A DNA stretch of 64,000 nt from Phycisphaeraceae bacterium (GTDB lineage: Bacteria; Planctomycetota; Phycisphaerae; Phycisphaerales; Zrk34): the NCBI GenBank assembly GCA_040905565.1, contig JBBDRF010000021.1, forward strand, positions 1-64,000. Reading direction: 5' to 3'. A program made the position numbers and the translations under genes. The notes under the pieces are model-generated. The model was not told the DNA's origin, made no database searches, and was given only the letters and a program-made list of their open reading frames with translations. Position 1 is the stretch's first letter. Every line of letters starts with the position of its first letter. This document shows, one piece after another, positions 1 through 10,082 of the stretch.

Positions 1-103
1 AGGCCCGCGCTTGTGGGTCGTAAGCAACGGGGATGTTGTCGGCAGTGGCCAGGTTGTCAAACCAGAGTGAGCCGGAGCCGACCGGGTTGGTGAAGACGCG
101 CAT
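1..103 (-). CDS. 5' end of a probable putative zinc-binding metallopeptidase (runs off the window)
   Basis: Minus-strand frame from ATG at 103 reads MRVFTNPVGSGSLWFDNLATADNIPVAYDPQARA with no stop to the edge. It resembles, from memory, the N-terminus of the putative zinc-binding peptidase family. Not in the ORF track. Confidence 0.45.
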   Translation of the reverse strand, partial: MRVFTNPVGSGSLWFDNLATADNIPVAYDPQARA

Positions 104-380
104 ACGGTCGAGCTCCGGAAGCCATAGGTCGCAGGGCGAAATTCATCTCATCCAACTTCCCTTCCTGGATCTCCCCTCACGCCTCGGTCCCACATCCCGC
201 CTCACGCGGCGTGAAGCTTGATAACCCGAGGCGTCGCAACTCGCATCAACGATACTGAAACGAAAAGCGTCGCGCTGCGGATCCGCTCAAAAGTTCATGT
301 GTGTATAAGCCGCTCTAGCAGGCGAGATTGCGGTGCGGTGTGAACGATAGTGCGAAGAACCAGAATGCCGCCACGGCTTC

Positions 381-427
381 AAAGAAAAAGTTGATTCCGC
401 GGCCATCTTCAGTCCGCGGAATCAACT
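381..427 (-). terminator. Intrinsic terminator of prepilin-type gene 1
   Basis: 14-bp inverted repeat AGTTGATTCCGCGG (389-402) / CCGCGGAATCAACT (414-427), followed by a T-rich run on the minus strand, just after the stop at 435. Confidence 0.8.
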
Positions 428-434
428 CACCTGA

Positions 435-1241
435 TCACTCGTTGGTGAGGCCGGGCACGGGAATTTTGTACTTGAACTCTCGGTTACCGGTGATGGCTCC
501 GACTTCGATTTGCTCGTCGGCGAACCATTCGACGCGAGAGTCTTCGAAGAGAAAGTTGCCGCCCTGTGGCTGGGTTTCGTCGTTGGCGCTCATGTGATTT
601 GCAGTGGCAAAGTCGTCGTTCCACAAATAGATGCCGTCCTGGCGAAGATAGGTGTCGCCCATGACGGGTGCGGCCGACCTTGCCGAACCCAGGCGGGTGC
701 GGCTGATCCAGCCTCTGCCGGCCGGCGACCAGTCGGTGTTACCATTTGGTGACTGGTAGTTGAGGTAGAAGTAGCCGAGGAAGTAGTGCGAGGTGTAGTT
801 GCCGCCTTGAAGCGCCAGCCCACGTCCCCACTCGTCGGTCGGGCAGTGCGTGGTGACGTTCTGGCCGGCCTTGATGGCCTCGTGGTCCCAGCCGTCTGTG
901 AGATAGTCTTCGACGAGTTGAGGTAACTGCCGCGGCAACGCGGCTCCAGTTCCATACTCGACGGGGTTCCAGTAGATGTGCGTCGGCAAGTTATGGTTGG
1001 CACCGTGGCCGGGCAGGTAGTTGTTGTTGTCACTCGCCCAGGCATGGATGGCCATTCCCCACTGACGCATATTTGAAGCGCAGGAGACACGCTGTGCCTG
1101 CTCGCGAGCACGGCCCAGGGCGGGCAGCAAGATAGCCATGAGCAGTGCGATGATGCCCACGACGACCAGCAGTTCGATGAGTGTGAAGCCCACGGAAACG
1201 CGATCTTTTTCTGACCCGCGCCACAAAGTGTTGTACGTCAT
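435..1241 (-). CDS. Prepilin-type N-terminal cleavage/methylation domain protein (DUF1559-like), copy 1
   Basis: [42 protein letters not shown] motif; C-terminal [10 protein letters not shown] (H-X9-DG-like); AAGGA RBS. Confidence 0.92.
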   Translation of the reverse strand: MTYNTLWRGSEKDRVSVGFTLIELLVVVGIIALLMAILLPALGRAREQAQRVSCASNMRQWGMAIHAWASDNNNYLPGHGANHNLPTHIYWNPVEYGTGAALPRQLPQLVEDYLTDGWDHEAIKAGQNVTTHCPTDEWGRGLALQGGNYTSHYFLGYFYLNYQSPNGNTDWSPAGRGWISRTRLGSARSAAPVMGDTYLRQDGIYLWNDDFATANHMSANDETQPQGGNFLFEDSRVEWFADEQIEVGAITGNREFKYKIPVPGLTNE

Positions 1242-1946
1242 AAGACGTTCCTTTCGGTCTAATGAGATGTGTTGGCGGATGCAAACGCTACATACGCCGC
1301 TGTGCAGCCGGGAACGGCTCGGGCTGCGTCAAAACTTCTTAGGGAGGACGAGGAGACAGATTCCGTCGCGTGATCGCTGCGCACTCCAGCGAGAAACCCG
1401 GGCATGAGTTCTCCATGAACATCGGTAAGGGGGCAGTCGCGGCACTGAAAGCGCGACGTGGGTAGTTGGTGACCGTGGAGCCGATAGAGGATGGTCGTCT
1501 ACATCGTGATGAATCGGCATAGATTGTCCTGCCCCGCCGGTTACGAAAGTCGCGTACCCTATCCATTACTTCCCGCTCGAGCACCCAACCTCGACACACG
1601 GAATGAAATTTTTTTTGAGGAGTGCGTTAAGCGAACGCCAAACCCATCTGCGAGGTCGAATCAGACGGCGACCTTCGGTGGTAGCTTCTTTGTTGGTAGT
1701 GGGTTACGATCTGATTTGCTCCTGCGTCCGGCTCCGAGGGGAGCCGAAGTTGCCGGATGACAAAAGGGGGGCAATCCCCGGGGGGGGGCGTCGCTGCTAC
1801 CCTTGCCCCACCTCCACAGGTGAAGCCACCGGTTTGGGTTGTGAGCGGGCAGAAGCGGTGCATCACGCTCACCGCCCCTGCTAACTTTCTGGCTACGCGC
1901 TGACTTCGAGGGTTCAGCCGCCCTATACCACTATTGAGGGAGGACG

Positions 1947-2405
1947 ATGTCCATGGCCGAGACGGGGGAAGAAAGGCGCATGCTGGCGGTGGCTCTCGCT
2001 GAGGCACGGCAGGGGTTAGCCGAGGGCGGCATTCCCATTGGCGCGGCGATGTTCAACGTGGAGGGCGTGCTGCTCGGCCGCGGCCATAACCGCCGCGTGC
2101 AGGACGACGACCCGTCGGCCCACGCGGAGACGCAGGCGTTTCGCCATGGCGGTCGTCAGCGCAGCTATCGCGACATGACCATGGTGACCACTCTAGCGCC
2201 ATGTTGGTACTGCAGTGGGCTGATTCGGCAATTCAGAATTGGCACGGTTGTGATCGGTGAGGCTGTCAACTTCCGTGGCGGCATCGACTGGCTGCGGGAG
2301 AACGGCGTTGCCGTGGTGGATCTGCGTTCAGACGAATGCATCTCTCTACTTGCGGACTACATCTCGACTCACCCGGAGGTGTGGGCGGAGGATATCGGAG
2401 AATGA
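1947..2405 (+). CDS. Nucleoside/cytosine deaminase (CDA family, fungal FCY1-like)
   Basis: EGGIPIGA, HAE and PCWYC zinc motifs, W-x-EDIGE C-terminus; GGGAGG RBS. Confidence 0.9.
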   Translation: MSMAETGEERRMLAVALAEARQGLAEGGIPIGAAMFNVEGVLLGRGHNRRVQDDDPSAHAETQAFRHGGRQRSYRDMTMVTTLAPCWYCSGLIRQFRIGTVVIGEAVNFRGGIDWLRENGVAVVDLRSDECISLLADYISTHPEVWAEDIGE

Positions 2406-2477
2406 ACCGATCTAAGCAGCGAAGCAGGATAATTGGCAAGTGTTCTTTACATCGGGATGACAACCGGAGGCCAAGCT

Positions 2478-3296
2478 ATGTCGATTCGCAAGACGATCAA
2501 CTTAGGGTATCTGTGGGGGGGGGTGGCTGGCGTCACTCTCCTTTTGAGCGCGTGTGCTGGGCCACAGCAAGCAGGTGAAGACGGCAACAGCACGACTTCC
2601 GCACGCACGGTCACGGTCGATGGCGAGGTCGCGCTGCATTCGTTGATGTCGCTGGCCGACGGTCATCTCCAGAACATTGCGGACGCGTATTCGATTCTGG
2701 CCACGATGGATTCGGTCCGGTCGGCGCAATGGGAGCAGGTCCGCGAACCGCTGGCAACTGCGGCGCAGGTGAACGTGCCCGCCCTGTACTGGTTCGCGCG
2801 GCCGGACGGCAGCTACTGGACACTGGAAGAGGGGCGCGTTGACGCGACTCTGGCCGACCGCGTCTATTTCTCTCGCGTCCTGGCGGGACAGACGATCCTG
2901 GGCGATCTGGTGGTAAGCCGGGCGACAGGCAAGAGCGCTGCGATCGTCGCGGTGCCGGTATACGGCGATGATGATTCGGTGGTGGGTGTGCTCGGCGCGT
3001 CGGTTTATCTGGACCGCCTCAGCGAGAAGGTCGACGAGGAGATGGGGCTCGCGCCGAACCACGTTTTCTTCTCGCTGGACGAGACGCCGATCGTTGGTCT
3101 GCACGAAGATCCGGAGGTCATCTTCGTGCACCCGTTGGAGGAAGACGACCTCCAACTCACGCGTGCCATCCGTACGATCCTCAGTCGCGATCAGGGCGTC
3201 GTGAGCTATCGCTTCCGCGGGCAGGGACGGACGATCCACTACCGCAGATCACCAGTGACTGGCTGGTGGTACGGGTTTGGGGAAGTCTACGAATGA
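2478..3296 (+). CDS. Stand-alone Cache-domain lipoprotein
   Basis: GGAGG RBS before ATG 2478; lipobox LSAC; Cache-like LADRVYF..LVVSRATGK..IVAVPV..VVGVLG; ends TGWWYGFG with no output domain. Confidence 0.75.
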   Translation: MSIRKTINLGYLWGGVAGVTLLLSACAGPQQAGEDGNSTTSARTVTVDGEVALHSLMSLADGHLQNIADAYSILATMDSVRSAQWEQVREPLATAAQVNVPALYWFARPDGSYWTLEEGRVDATLADRVYFSRVLAGQTILGDLVVSRATGKSAAIVAVPVYGDDDSVVGVLGASVYLDRLSEKVDEEMGLAPNHVFFSLDETPIVGLHEDPEVIFVHPLEEDDLQLTRAIRTILSRDQGVVSYRFRGQGRTIHYRRSPVTGWWYGFGEVYE

Positions 3297-3534
3297 GTAG
3301 GGTTGGCGTATCACGTTTCCCCGGTCTCGAAAGATTAGCCCTTGCCGCTTTCTAGAAGTCCGCGTGGGACGGCTCGGTGGACAAAGTAGCCGCAGCGGTG
3401 GGGGGGCGTTGTGATTGCAAGCCGGTGAGCGAACCTGTCCGCGCAAATGGGGAGGCGTACCATTGCAGTCGGGCTGGGCTCGGCGTGCCTATTTTTCAGA
3501 AGCTGATGCAGGCCCGGGAAGAAAGGTGAGGTCG

Positions 3535-4899
3535 ATGCGATTCAAGGCTCGTCTTATGACGGCGTGGGAGGCAATCTGGAGCAGCTACTGGTTCGTGCCA
3601 GGGATGATGGTCGTCGCCGCCATCGCGCTGACCTTTGTCACCACCGCCATCGATCGCTTCGTCTATGACGAATGGCAACGAGAGGCGGGCTGGCTGGCGA
3701 CCTCGAGTAGCGATGGTGCCCGGGCGATGCTGACCACCATCGCCGCGTCGATGATCGGCACGGCAGGCGTGGTCTTCTCCATCACAATGGTCACGCTCAC
3801 CCTGGCGGCTAACCAGTTCGGCTCCCGGATGCTGCGCAACTTCATGCGAGACCGGAGCAATCAGGCGGTGCTTGGCACCTTCCTCGCCGCCTTCACCTAC
3901 TGCCTGCTCATCCTGCGAAACGTGTACGGCGACAACGGCGGCACCGATGTACAGCCGTTCATACCGCAGGTGGGCATCATCGTGGCGATCTTGTCGGCGT
4001 TGGCGGGCGTGGGGGTGCTGATCTTTTTTATCCATCACGTGTCGATGTCGATCCAGGCGCCGAATGTCGTCGCTTCAGTCAATCGCGAATTGCAGCGGGC
4101 GATCGACAGCCTCTATCCCATGCGAGTTGGATCGCCGCCGTCGGACCACGAGCGAAACGTCAAACCGATAATCGAACAGATTCCCCCGGCGTTCGAGACA
4201 GCCGCCGCAGAAATCGAAGCAAACCGAACGGGGCACGTGCAGCGCGTGGAGCCGGAACAACTGCTCGCGCTCGCAGCAGCGCACGACCTGATCGTTCGCA
4301 TTGAGCATCGACCCGGGCAGTTCGTCGAGAAGGGCGACACCATGTTGAGCGTCTACCCGCAGGCTCACCTGGACGCCGATCTTCGAAGTCGTCTGCAGGC
4401 TACCTTCGTGATCGGTAGAGAGAGATCGCTGACGCAGGACATCGAGTTCCCCGTCACGCAACTGGTGGAGGTAGCGGTGCGCGCGCTGTCGCCGGGCATC
4501 AACGCGCCGACAACGGCGAGACTCTGCCTGGATCAACTGGGCGCGAGTCTCGGCCAACTCGCCGAGCGCCAGTTTCCATCGCCCTATCGGATGGACGCGG
4601 AGAACCGCTTGCGCGTGCTCGCGCCGTCGCCTTCGTTGTGCGACTTTATGGATGCTACTTTCGACGAGATCCGCCAGAACAGCGAGCGTAATCTGGCCGT
4701 CCTGATCTGGATGCTGGAGGTCTTCCGTCGCCTCGCACGTCACTTGCCCGATGAAGCAGCACGCGCGCATCTGGCCAGGCACGCGCGGATGGTCAACGAT
4801 CAGGCAAAACAGATCGCGACGACTGAACACGATCTCCGCCGCGTCGCCCAAGCGTCCGCGGCGGTGAGCAGCGCGCTTAATCTGCCACAGATCCAGTAG
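3535..4899 (+). CDS. DUF2254 family membrane protein
   Basis: Four N-terminal TM segments, LTLAANQFGSRMLRNF, AVRALSPGINAPTTA; ATG 3535 after a GAGG RBS. Confidence 0.85.
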   Translation: MRFKARLMTAWEAIWSSYWFVPGMMVVAAIALTFVTTAIDRFVYDEWQREAGWLATSSSDGARAMLTTIAASMIGTAGVVFSITMVTLTLAANQFGSRMLRNFMRDRSNQAVLGTFLAAFTYCLLILRNVYGDNGGTDVQPFIPQVGIIVAILSALAGVGVLIFFIHHVSMSIQAPNVVASVNRELQRAIDSLYPMRVGSPPSDHERNVKPIIEQIPPAFETAAAEIEANRTGHVQRVEPEQLLALAAAHDLIVRIEHRPGQFVEKGDTMLSVYPQAHLDADLRSRLQATFVIGRERSLTQDIEFPVTQLVEVAVRALSPGINAPTTARLCLDQLGASLGQLAERQFPSPYRMDAENRLRVLAPSPSLCDFMDATFDEIRQNSERNLAVLIWMLEVFRRLARHLPDEAARAHLARHARMVNDQAKQIATTEHDLRRVAQASAAVSSALNLPQIQ

Positions 4900-4917
4900 T
4901 GGTCGGCGCCTCAGCTG

Positions 4918-6342
4918 TCAGGCGATGATGTCTTTGACGACGTGGCCTTCGACATCGGTGAGGCGGAAATCGCGGCCGGCGTAGCGGTAGGTCAGCCGTT
5001 CATGGTCGATTCCGAGCAGGTGCAGGATTGTCGCGTGCAGGTCGTGCACATGCACTTTGTTCTCGACGGCGTAGTAGCCGTATTCGTCGGTTTGCCCATA
5101 GGTGATGCCACCCTTGACCCCGCCGCCGGCCATCCACCAGCAGAACCCGTGCGGGTTGTGATCGCGGCCATCGGAGCCCTGCATCGTCGGCGTGCGGCCG
5201 AACTCACCGCCCCACACCACCAGCGTGTCGTCAAGCAGACCGCGGGCTTTGAGGTCCCTGATCAACCCGGCGATTGGCCGATCAATCTGCGGTGCCAGAC
5301 GGCCGTGTCCGCCGCGTAGATCCGAGTGCTGATCCCAATAGCTGTGGCTGCACTGAACGAACCGGACGCCCGACTCGGCGAATCGCCGAGCCAGGATGCA
5401 CTGGTGGGCGAAGTCGGCGGTGGTTTCATCCTCAAGCCCGTAAAGGTCGCGGATGTAGTCCGGCTCGGAAGCGACGTCCATGACTTCGGGGGCCTCGGTC
5501 TGCATGCGGAAAGCGAGTTCAAAGCTCTTAATCCGTGCTTCAAGGGCGGCATCGGGCCCGGTGGATTCGCGGTGGTTCTGGTTGACGCGGTTGAGCATGT
5601 CGAGCTTCGCACGCTGCATCTGCGAGGACTGGTGCTCATTGCCGAGATAGGCGATCTGGGCTTTCGCGGAAGGCAAACCGCTATGCCCCAGCCGCGTGCC
5701 GTGGTGAACGGCGGGCAGAAACGCGGAGGAGAAGTTATTGACGCCGCCATGGCCGAGCGTGGGACAGATGGTGATGAAACCCGGCAGGTTCTGGTTTTCG
5801 GTGCCCAGGCCGTAGGTGACCCACGATCCCATTGAGGGGCGGACGAAGGTGTCGCTGCCGGTGTGGATTTTCATCAGCGCGCCGCCGTGCGCGGGGTTCG
5901 AGCCGTGCAGAGAGCGGACGACGCAGAGATCGTCGGCGCAGTGTTTGCCGATCTCGGGGAACAGGTCGCTCACCCAGAGTCCGCTCTGACCGTACCGGTT
6001 GAACTTCCAGGGGGAGCCCATGAGGTTGGAAGTCTGGGCGAACTGAACCCGCGGCTTGTCGAACGGCAGCGGCTCGCCGTGATCTTTCTGGAGCCGCGGT
6101 TTGTAGTCGAAGCTGTCGACCTGGGACGGGCCGCCGTGGATGAACAGGAAGATCACCCGCTTGGCCCGCGGCGCATGATGGCCGGGCCGGGCGATCATCG
6201 GATTGTCGGCACCCTGCCCCTGGGCCCGCGCCAGATCGGCGAGCAGGCCGCTGAGCGCGACCGAACCGAAGCCTGCAGAGCTGCGACGCAGCATTTGCCG
6301 ACGGCTCATGAACGACGGGTCAAAACTCTGCGGCTGACTCAT
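4918..6342 (-). CDS. DUF1501 domain protein (Tat-exported), module 1
   Basis: SRRQML Tat motif; RAKRVIFLFIHGGPSQVDSFDYKP, WDQH, GGEFGRTP, RDH, GRDFRLTDV. Confidence 0.93.
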   Translation of the reverse strand: MSQPQSFDPSFMSRRQMLRRSSAGFGSVALSGLLADLARAQGQGADNPMIARPGHHAPRAKRVIFLFIHGGPSQVDSFDYKPRLQKDHGEPLPFDKPRVQFAQTSNLMGSPWKFNRYGQSGLWVSDLFPEIGKHCADDLCVVRSLHGSNPAHGGALMKIHTGSDTFVRPSMGSWVTYGLGTENQNLPGFITICPTLGHGGVNNFSSAFLPAVHHGTRLGHSGLPSAKAQIAYLGNEHQSSQMQRAKLDMLNRVNQNHRESTGPDAALEARIKSFELAFRMQTEAPEVMDVASEPDYIRDLYGLEDETTADFAHQCILARRFAESGVRFVQCSHSYWDQHSDLRGGHGRLAPQIDRPIAGLIRDLKARGLLDDTLVVWGGEFGRTPTMQGSDGRDHNPHGFCWWMAGGGVKGGITYGQTDEYGYYAVENKVHVHDLHATILHLLGIDHERLTYRYAGRDFRLTDVEGHVVKDIIA

Positions 6343-6365
6343 GGAACCGACCCTTCCCTGCGAAC

Positions 6366-9300
6366 TCAGTCGATGAAAATAAACTCGCTCGAAGCCATCA
6401 GCAGATGGCAGAAAGTCTGCCAACCTTCGCGGCGGGCGGCGGCATCATCGCGGCCTTCGGCGATCGCCATCCTCCGCATCTGCTCGATGAACGCCAAGGC
6501 CTCGGACGCTTCGGTTTCACCGACCGGCCGGCCCAGGGCGAGCAGGTAGGCGTGTTCGATTCGGCCGGCGTCGGTGGTGATCTGCTCATGCTCCAGCAGC
6601 CGGGCCGCGAAATGCTCCGCCTGCTCGATCACGATCGGGGCGTTCATCATGAACAGCGCCTGGTGCGACACCGTCGTGCTCGGCCGCTGCGCCACGGTCA
6701 TCCCGGCATCGGCGTAATCAAACACCGTGAGCATCGGATGCAACACGTTTCGGATGATCGGCAGATAAACAGACCGTCGATGTCCGCGGTAGGCTTCGTA
6801 GTCGGTGTTTCGCTCGGCTCGAACGTAGCTGTCGTTCTCCGTGCTCATCTGGCTGCCGCCCATCTGGAGATCGAGCGTACCGCCGACCGCGAGCAGGGCA
6901 TCGCGGATGGGCTCGGCCTCCAACCGCTGCCGGTTCATACGCCACAGCAGGCGGTTCTCGGGATCGGTGGCCGAGGCGACCGAATCGTAAGCCGTGCTCA
7001 TGCGGTACGTGCTACTGAGAAGGATCGCCCGGTGCATCTGCTTGATCGACCAGCCCTGCTCGATGAAACGTTCTGCCAGGTGATCGAGCAACTCGGGATG
7101 GCTGGGCTCCTCCCCCCGAAGCCCGAAGTTGGAAGGCGTGCGCACCAGACCTTCACCGAAGTGGTGCTGCCAGATGCGGTTGACCATGACGCGGGCGGTG
7201 AGGGGGTGGGCCGGGTCGGTGAGCCAGTGGGCGAATTCGAGTCGTCCTGAAGCGTCGTCCGGCATGTCGGGCGGATTGATGAGGTGATCGAAAATCTCGG
7301 GCGTACGCCGAGGCGTCGGCTCGTCGGCAAGCGTCATGTGGCTGCCGCGGATGTGCACTGGCAGATCGACCGGCTCATCGGCCTCGAACACCGTCATGAC
7401 CGTGGGCGGGGCAGGCGGCAGCGTCGCTTCCAGTTCGTCCACCTGCGCACTGAGGGCAGCGAGACGGCTGCGGTCTTCCTCGCGGTAGTGATCCTCGACA
7501 GGCTCCGGCATCGTCAGCAATCCGGGGCTCTCGTAGAGCGCCCGCCGAAGCTGCGCCTCGTAAACGTTCGAAAGATCGAAAGTCCATGCACGCACCAGAC
7601 CGGCTTCGATTGGCTGATCCGGTTGTGCATGGCGAGCGGCGACTTCGTCGGTCGTCAGCGGACGGTCGTACAGCCGCACCTCGTCGACCCGGCCGTGGAA
7701 GTTAACGTAGCCGTCCGGTCGACGCCCGAAGTTCAACAGCCCCTCGCCCGTGGTACGGGGCTTGCCGATCTCCGTCTCACCGACCAGTTCGCCATCAACG
7801 TAAAGCTGCAGATGGTGGTCGTCGTACGTCAGTGCCAGATGGTGCCACTGCTCGTGTTCGATTGCTCCATTGCTCGAGAACAGCCCGTAGGCGTTCTCCC
7901 GCCCGCCGCCGATGTTCAGGTACGCCCCCGCCCGCCGCTGGCCGTCGACGATCAGGCTGAAGTGCCCATCGGTCCATTCATTGCCGTTCTTGGCGACCAC
8001 CCATCGTCGGCTGTCGCCCTCGCCCTGTTCCTTGACATAGACCCACGCTTCCAGCGTCAACCGCTGCGGATCGAGCGCCGGTTCGTGCGGCTCCTGCTTG
8101 AAGCTCTCGCCATCGGTGTAGAGCGCCTCGCCCACGTGCCCGTCGCGCCACTGCGCCAGGGCGTCGAAATAATCGCGGTAAACTTCCGCGAGCTGAGTCG
8201 GCGACTCCAGTGGGGCCTCGGCCAGATGCTCTGCGGCCAGGGGGGTGCTGCTTTGGACGAACGCAGCGTGCGCCGCCACCCGTGCTGCATCATCTGCGTC
8301 GGGGTCAGCCAGAACTTCCACCCAAAGCGATAACGGGGAGGCCCGTTCATCCGCCGCCGTACGCAGATGCTCCACCCAGACTTCGAGCAGATTCGGCTCC
8401 AGTGAAGCGTCCGCCGCTGCCTCGTGTAGATCTTGCCCGGCGAGCACGTCAGCTGCCGACATCAGGTAATCGGCCAATGCATCGCGCCGATGTTCGAGCA
8501 GCGCGGCGTGAATCTGCTCACGCGTTTGCGTCAACCGCTGCCTCGCCTCCTCAAGCGATTCAGCGTGGGCCTGCCGATCGTCAAGCATCTGCTGTGTCGC
8601 CAGCGGCCGCTCGCGCCAGGATGAAAGGATGATGTCGAGTTTGGTCATCATCTCTGTGCTGCGGAAGATGCCCGCCATTGCGTAGTAATCGTCATCGGTG
8701 ATCGGATCGAACTTGTGATCGTGACACCGCGCACACGAGACGGTCAGCCCCAGCAGCGACCGGCTCATCACGTCGATCTGCTCGTCGGCGATGTCCAGCA
8801 GCATCTTTTGCTTATCCTGCTCGGCGAGAATCTTCGGCCCCACCGCAAGGTAACCCAGGGCTGTCCAGCGTTCGAAGAGGACTTCGTCGCTCGCGGGGTC
8901 CTGCATGAGGTCACCCGCAATCTGTTCGGTGACGAACTGGTCGTAAGGCGTGTCCGCGTTGAACGACTCAATCACGTAATCGCGGTACCGCCAGGCGTGG
9001 GCGTAGGCGACGTTTTCGTCTGCACCGTTCGAGTCGGCATAGCGGGCAAGGTCCAGCCAATGCCGACCCCATCGCTCCCCGTATCGCGGCGATGCCAGCA
9101 GGCGGTCGACGACGCGCGCGTGCGCATCGGACCGTTCATCGCCGACGAAGGCCTCAATCTCCTTCGGCGTCGGCGGCAGGCCCGTCAGGTCGAAAGTCAC
9201 CCGGCGCAACCATGTGTACCGATCGGCCTCCGGCGCCGGCTTCAGGTTCGCCTCTTCCAACGCGGCGAGCACAAACCGATCGATCGGATCGCGTGCCCAG

Positions 9301-9860
9301 GCTTCGTCTCTCACCTCGGGCAGTTCAGGGTCCGCCATCGGCTTGAAGGCCCAGTGCTCGCGGCCGGCTTCCCAGTCGATGCCGGCGTAGTGCGGCACGT
9401 CGGCCGGATCGAACAACCTTGGGTCCGGCGCCCCCATCGCCACCCACTGCTCCAGATCGCGGATCGCCTGATCGTCGAGCCGGCCGTCCGGCGGCATTTG
9501 CGTTTCCGAATTGTGATATCGCACCGCTTCGATCAGCCGGCTCTCGTCGGGCTCACCGGGCACAAGGGCGGGGCCAGAATCGCCGCCGATCCGCGCGCCG
9601 GCGGCGGTGTCGAGCACAAGGCCGCCACGCAGATTCTTCGCATCCGTGGCATGGCACGTGTAGCAGCTTTCCGCTAGCAGCGGGCGGATGCGCTGCTCGA
9701 AAAAATGCGCCTGCTCAGCGCTCACCGCTTCGCCCACGAGTGGCTTCGGCGGCTCCGCAGCGGTCGCCTGCAAGGCGCCAAGCGCCAGCACGGCCAACAC
9801 TGGAAACGCCAGACCCCAAGGCCGCCGGGAAACTTTCGCAGTTGCTCGATCCATCAACAT
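6366..9860 (-). CDS. Planctomycete cytochrome c / DUF1549 / DUF1553 protein with LamG-like insert, module 1
   Basis: Signal peptide; CYTCH and CARCH heme motifs; [34 protein letters not shown]; LamG-like WHHLALTYD..LYVDG..VDEVRLYDRPL. Confidence 0.93.
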   Translation of the reverse strand: MLMDRATAKVSRRPWGLAFPVLAVLALGALQATAAEPPKPLVGEAVSAEQAHFFEQRIRPLLAESCYTCHATDAKNLRGGLVLDTAAGARIGGDSGPALVPGEPDESRLIEAVRYHNSETQMPPDGRLDDQAIRDLEQWVAMGAPDPRLFDPADVPHYAGIDWEAGREHWAFKPMADPELPEVRDEAWARDPIDRFVLAALEEANLKPAPEADRYTWLRRVTFDLTGLPPTPKEIEAFVGDERSDAHARVVDRLLASPRYGERWGRHWLDLARYADSNGADENVAYAHAWRYRDYVIESFNADTPYDQFVTEQIAGDLMQDPASDEVLFERWTALGYLAVGPKILAEQDKQKMLLDIADEQIDVMSRSLLGLTVSCARCHDHKFDPITDDDYYAMAGIFRSTEMMTKLDIILSSWRERPLATQQMLDDRQAHAESLEEARQRLTQTREQIHAALLEHRRDALADYLMSAADVLAGQDLHEAAADASLEPNLLEVWVEHLRTAADERASPLSLWVEVLADPDADDAARVAAHAAFVQSSTPLAAEHLAEAPLESPTQLAEVYRDYFDALAQWRDGHVGEALYTDGESFKQEPHEPALDPQRLTLEAWVYVKEQGEGDSRRWVVAKNGNEWTDGHFSLIVDGQRRAGAYLNIGGGRENAYGLFSSNGAIEHEQWHHLALTYDDHHLQLYVDGELVGETEIGKPRTTGEGLLNFGRRPDGYVNFHGRVDEVRLYDRPLTTDEVAARHAQPDQPIEAGLVRAWTFDLSNVYEAQLRRALYESPGLLTMPEPVEDHYREEDRSRLAALSAQVDELEATLPPAPPTVMTVFEADEPVDLPVHIRGSHMTLADEPTPRRTPEIFDHLINPPDMPDDASGRLEFAHWLTDPAHPLTARVMVNRIWQHHFGEGLVRTPSNFGLRGEEPSHPELLDHLAERFIEQGWSIKQMHRAILLSSTYRMSTAYDSVASATDPENRLLWRMNRQRLEAEPIRDALLAVGGTLDLQMGGSQMSTENDSYVRAERNTDYEAYRGHRRSVYLPIIRNVLHPMLTVFDYADAGMTVAQRPSTTVSHQALFMMNAPIVIEQAEHFAARLLEHEQITTDAGRIEHAYLLALGRPVGETEASEALAFIEQMRRMAIAEGRDDAAARREGWQTFCHLLMASSEFIFID

Positions 9861-9965
9861 CTATGCTTTCATCGTTCGCCGCCCGGCGCGCCCGTGCAGC
9901 GTCCCATCGCACCGGCACCTTTACGCGCCCCTGGCGTAGGTTCGGCACGACTTTAGACTCAGTCC

Positions 9966-9994
9966 ATGATAGTCCGCCCTTGCGTCTGTGTCAG
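9966..9994 (-). promoter_or_regulatory. Candidate sigma70 promoter for module 1
   Basis: CTGACA-17 bp-TATCAT on the minus strand, ~100 bp upstream of the start. Confidence 0.45.
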
Positions 9995-10082
9995 TCCTTT
10001 ATGTGATTTGTGTTACAGGTTCTAATCGTCCGTCGGCTTTGCCAGCGTCACCCTGGCTGCCGACTCGGCGGCTCGTTGGCAG

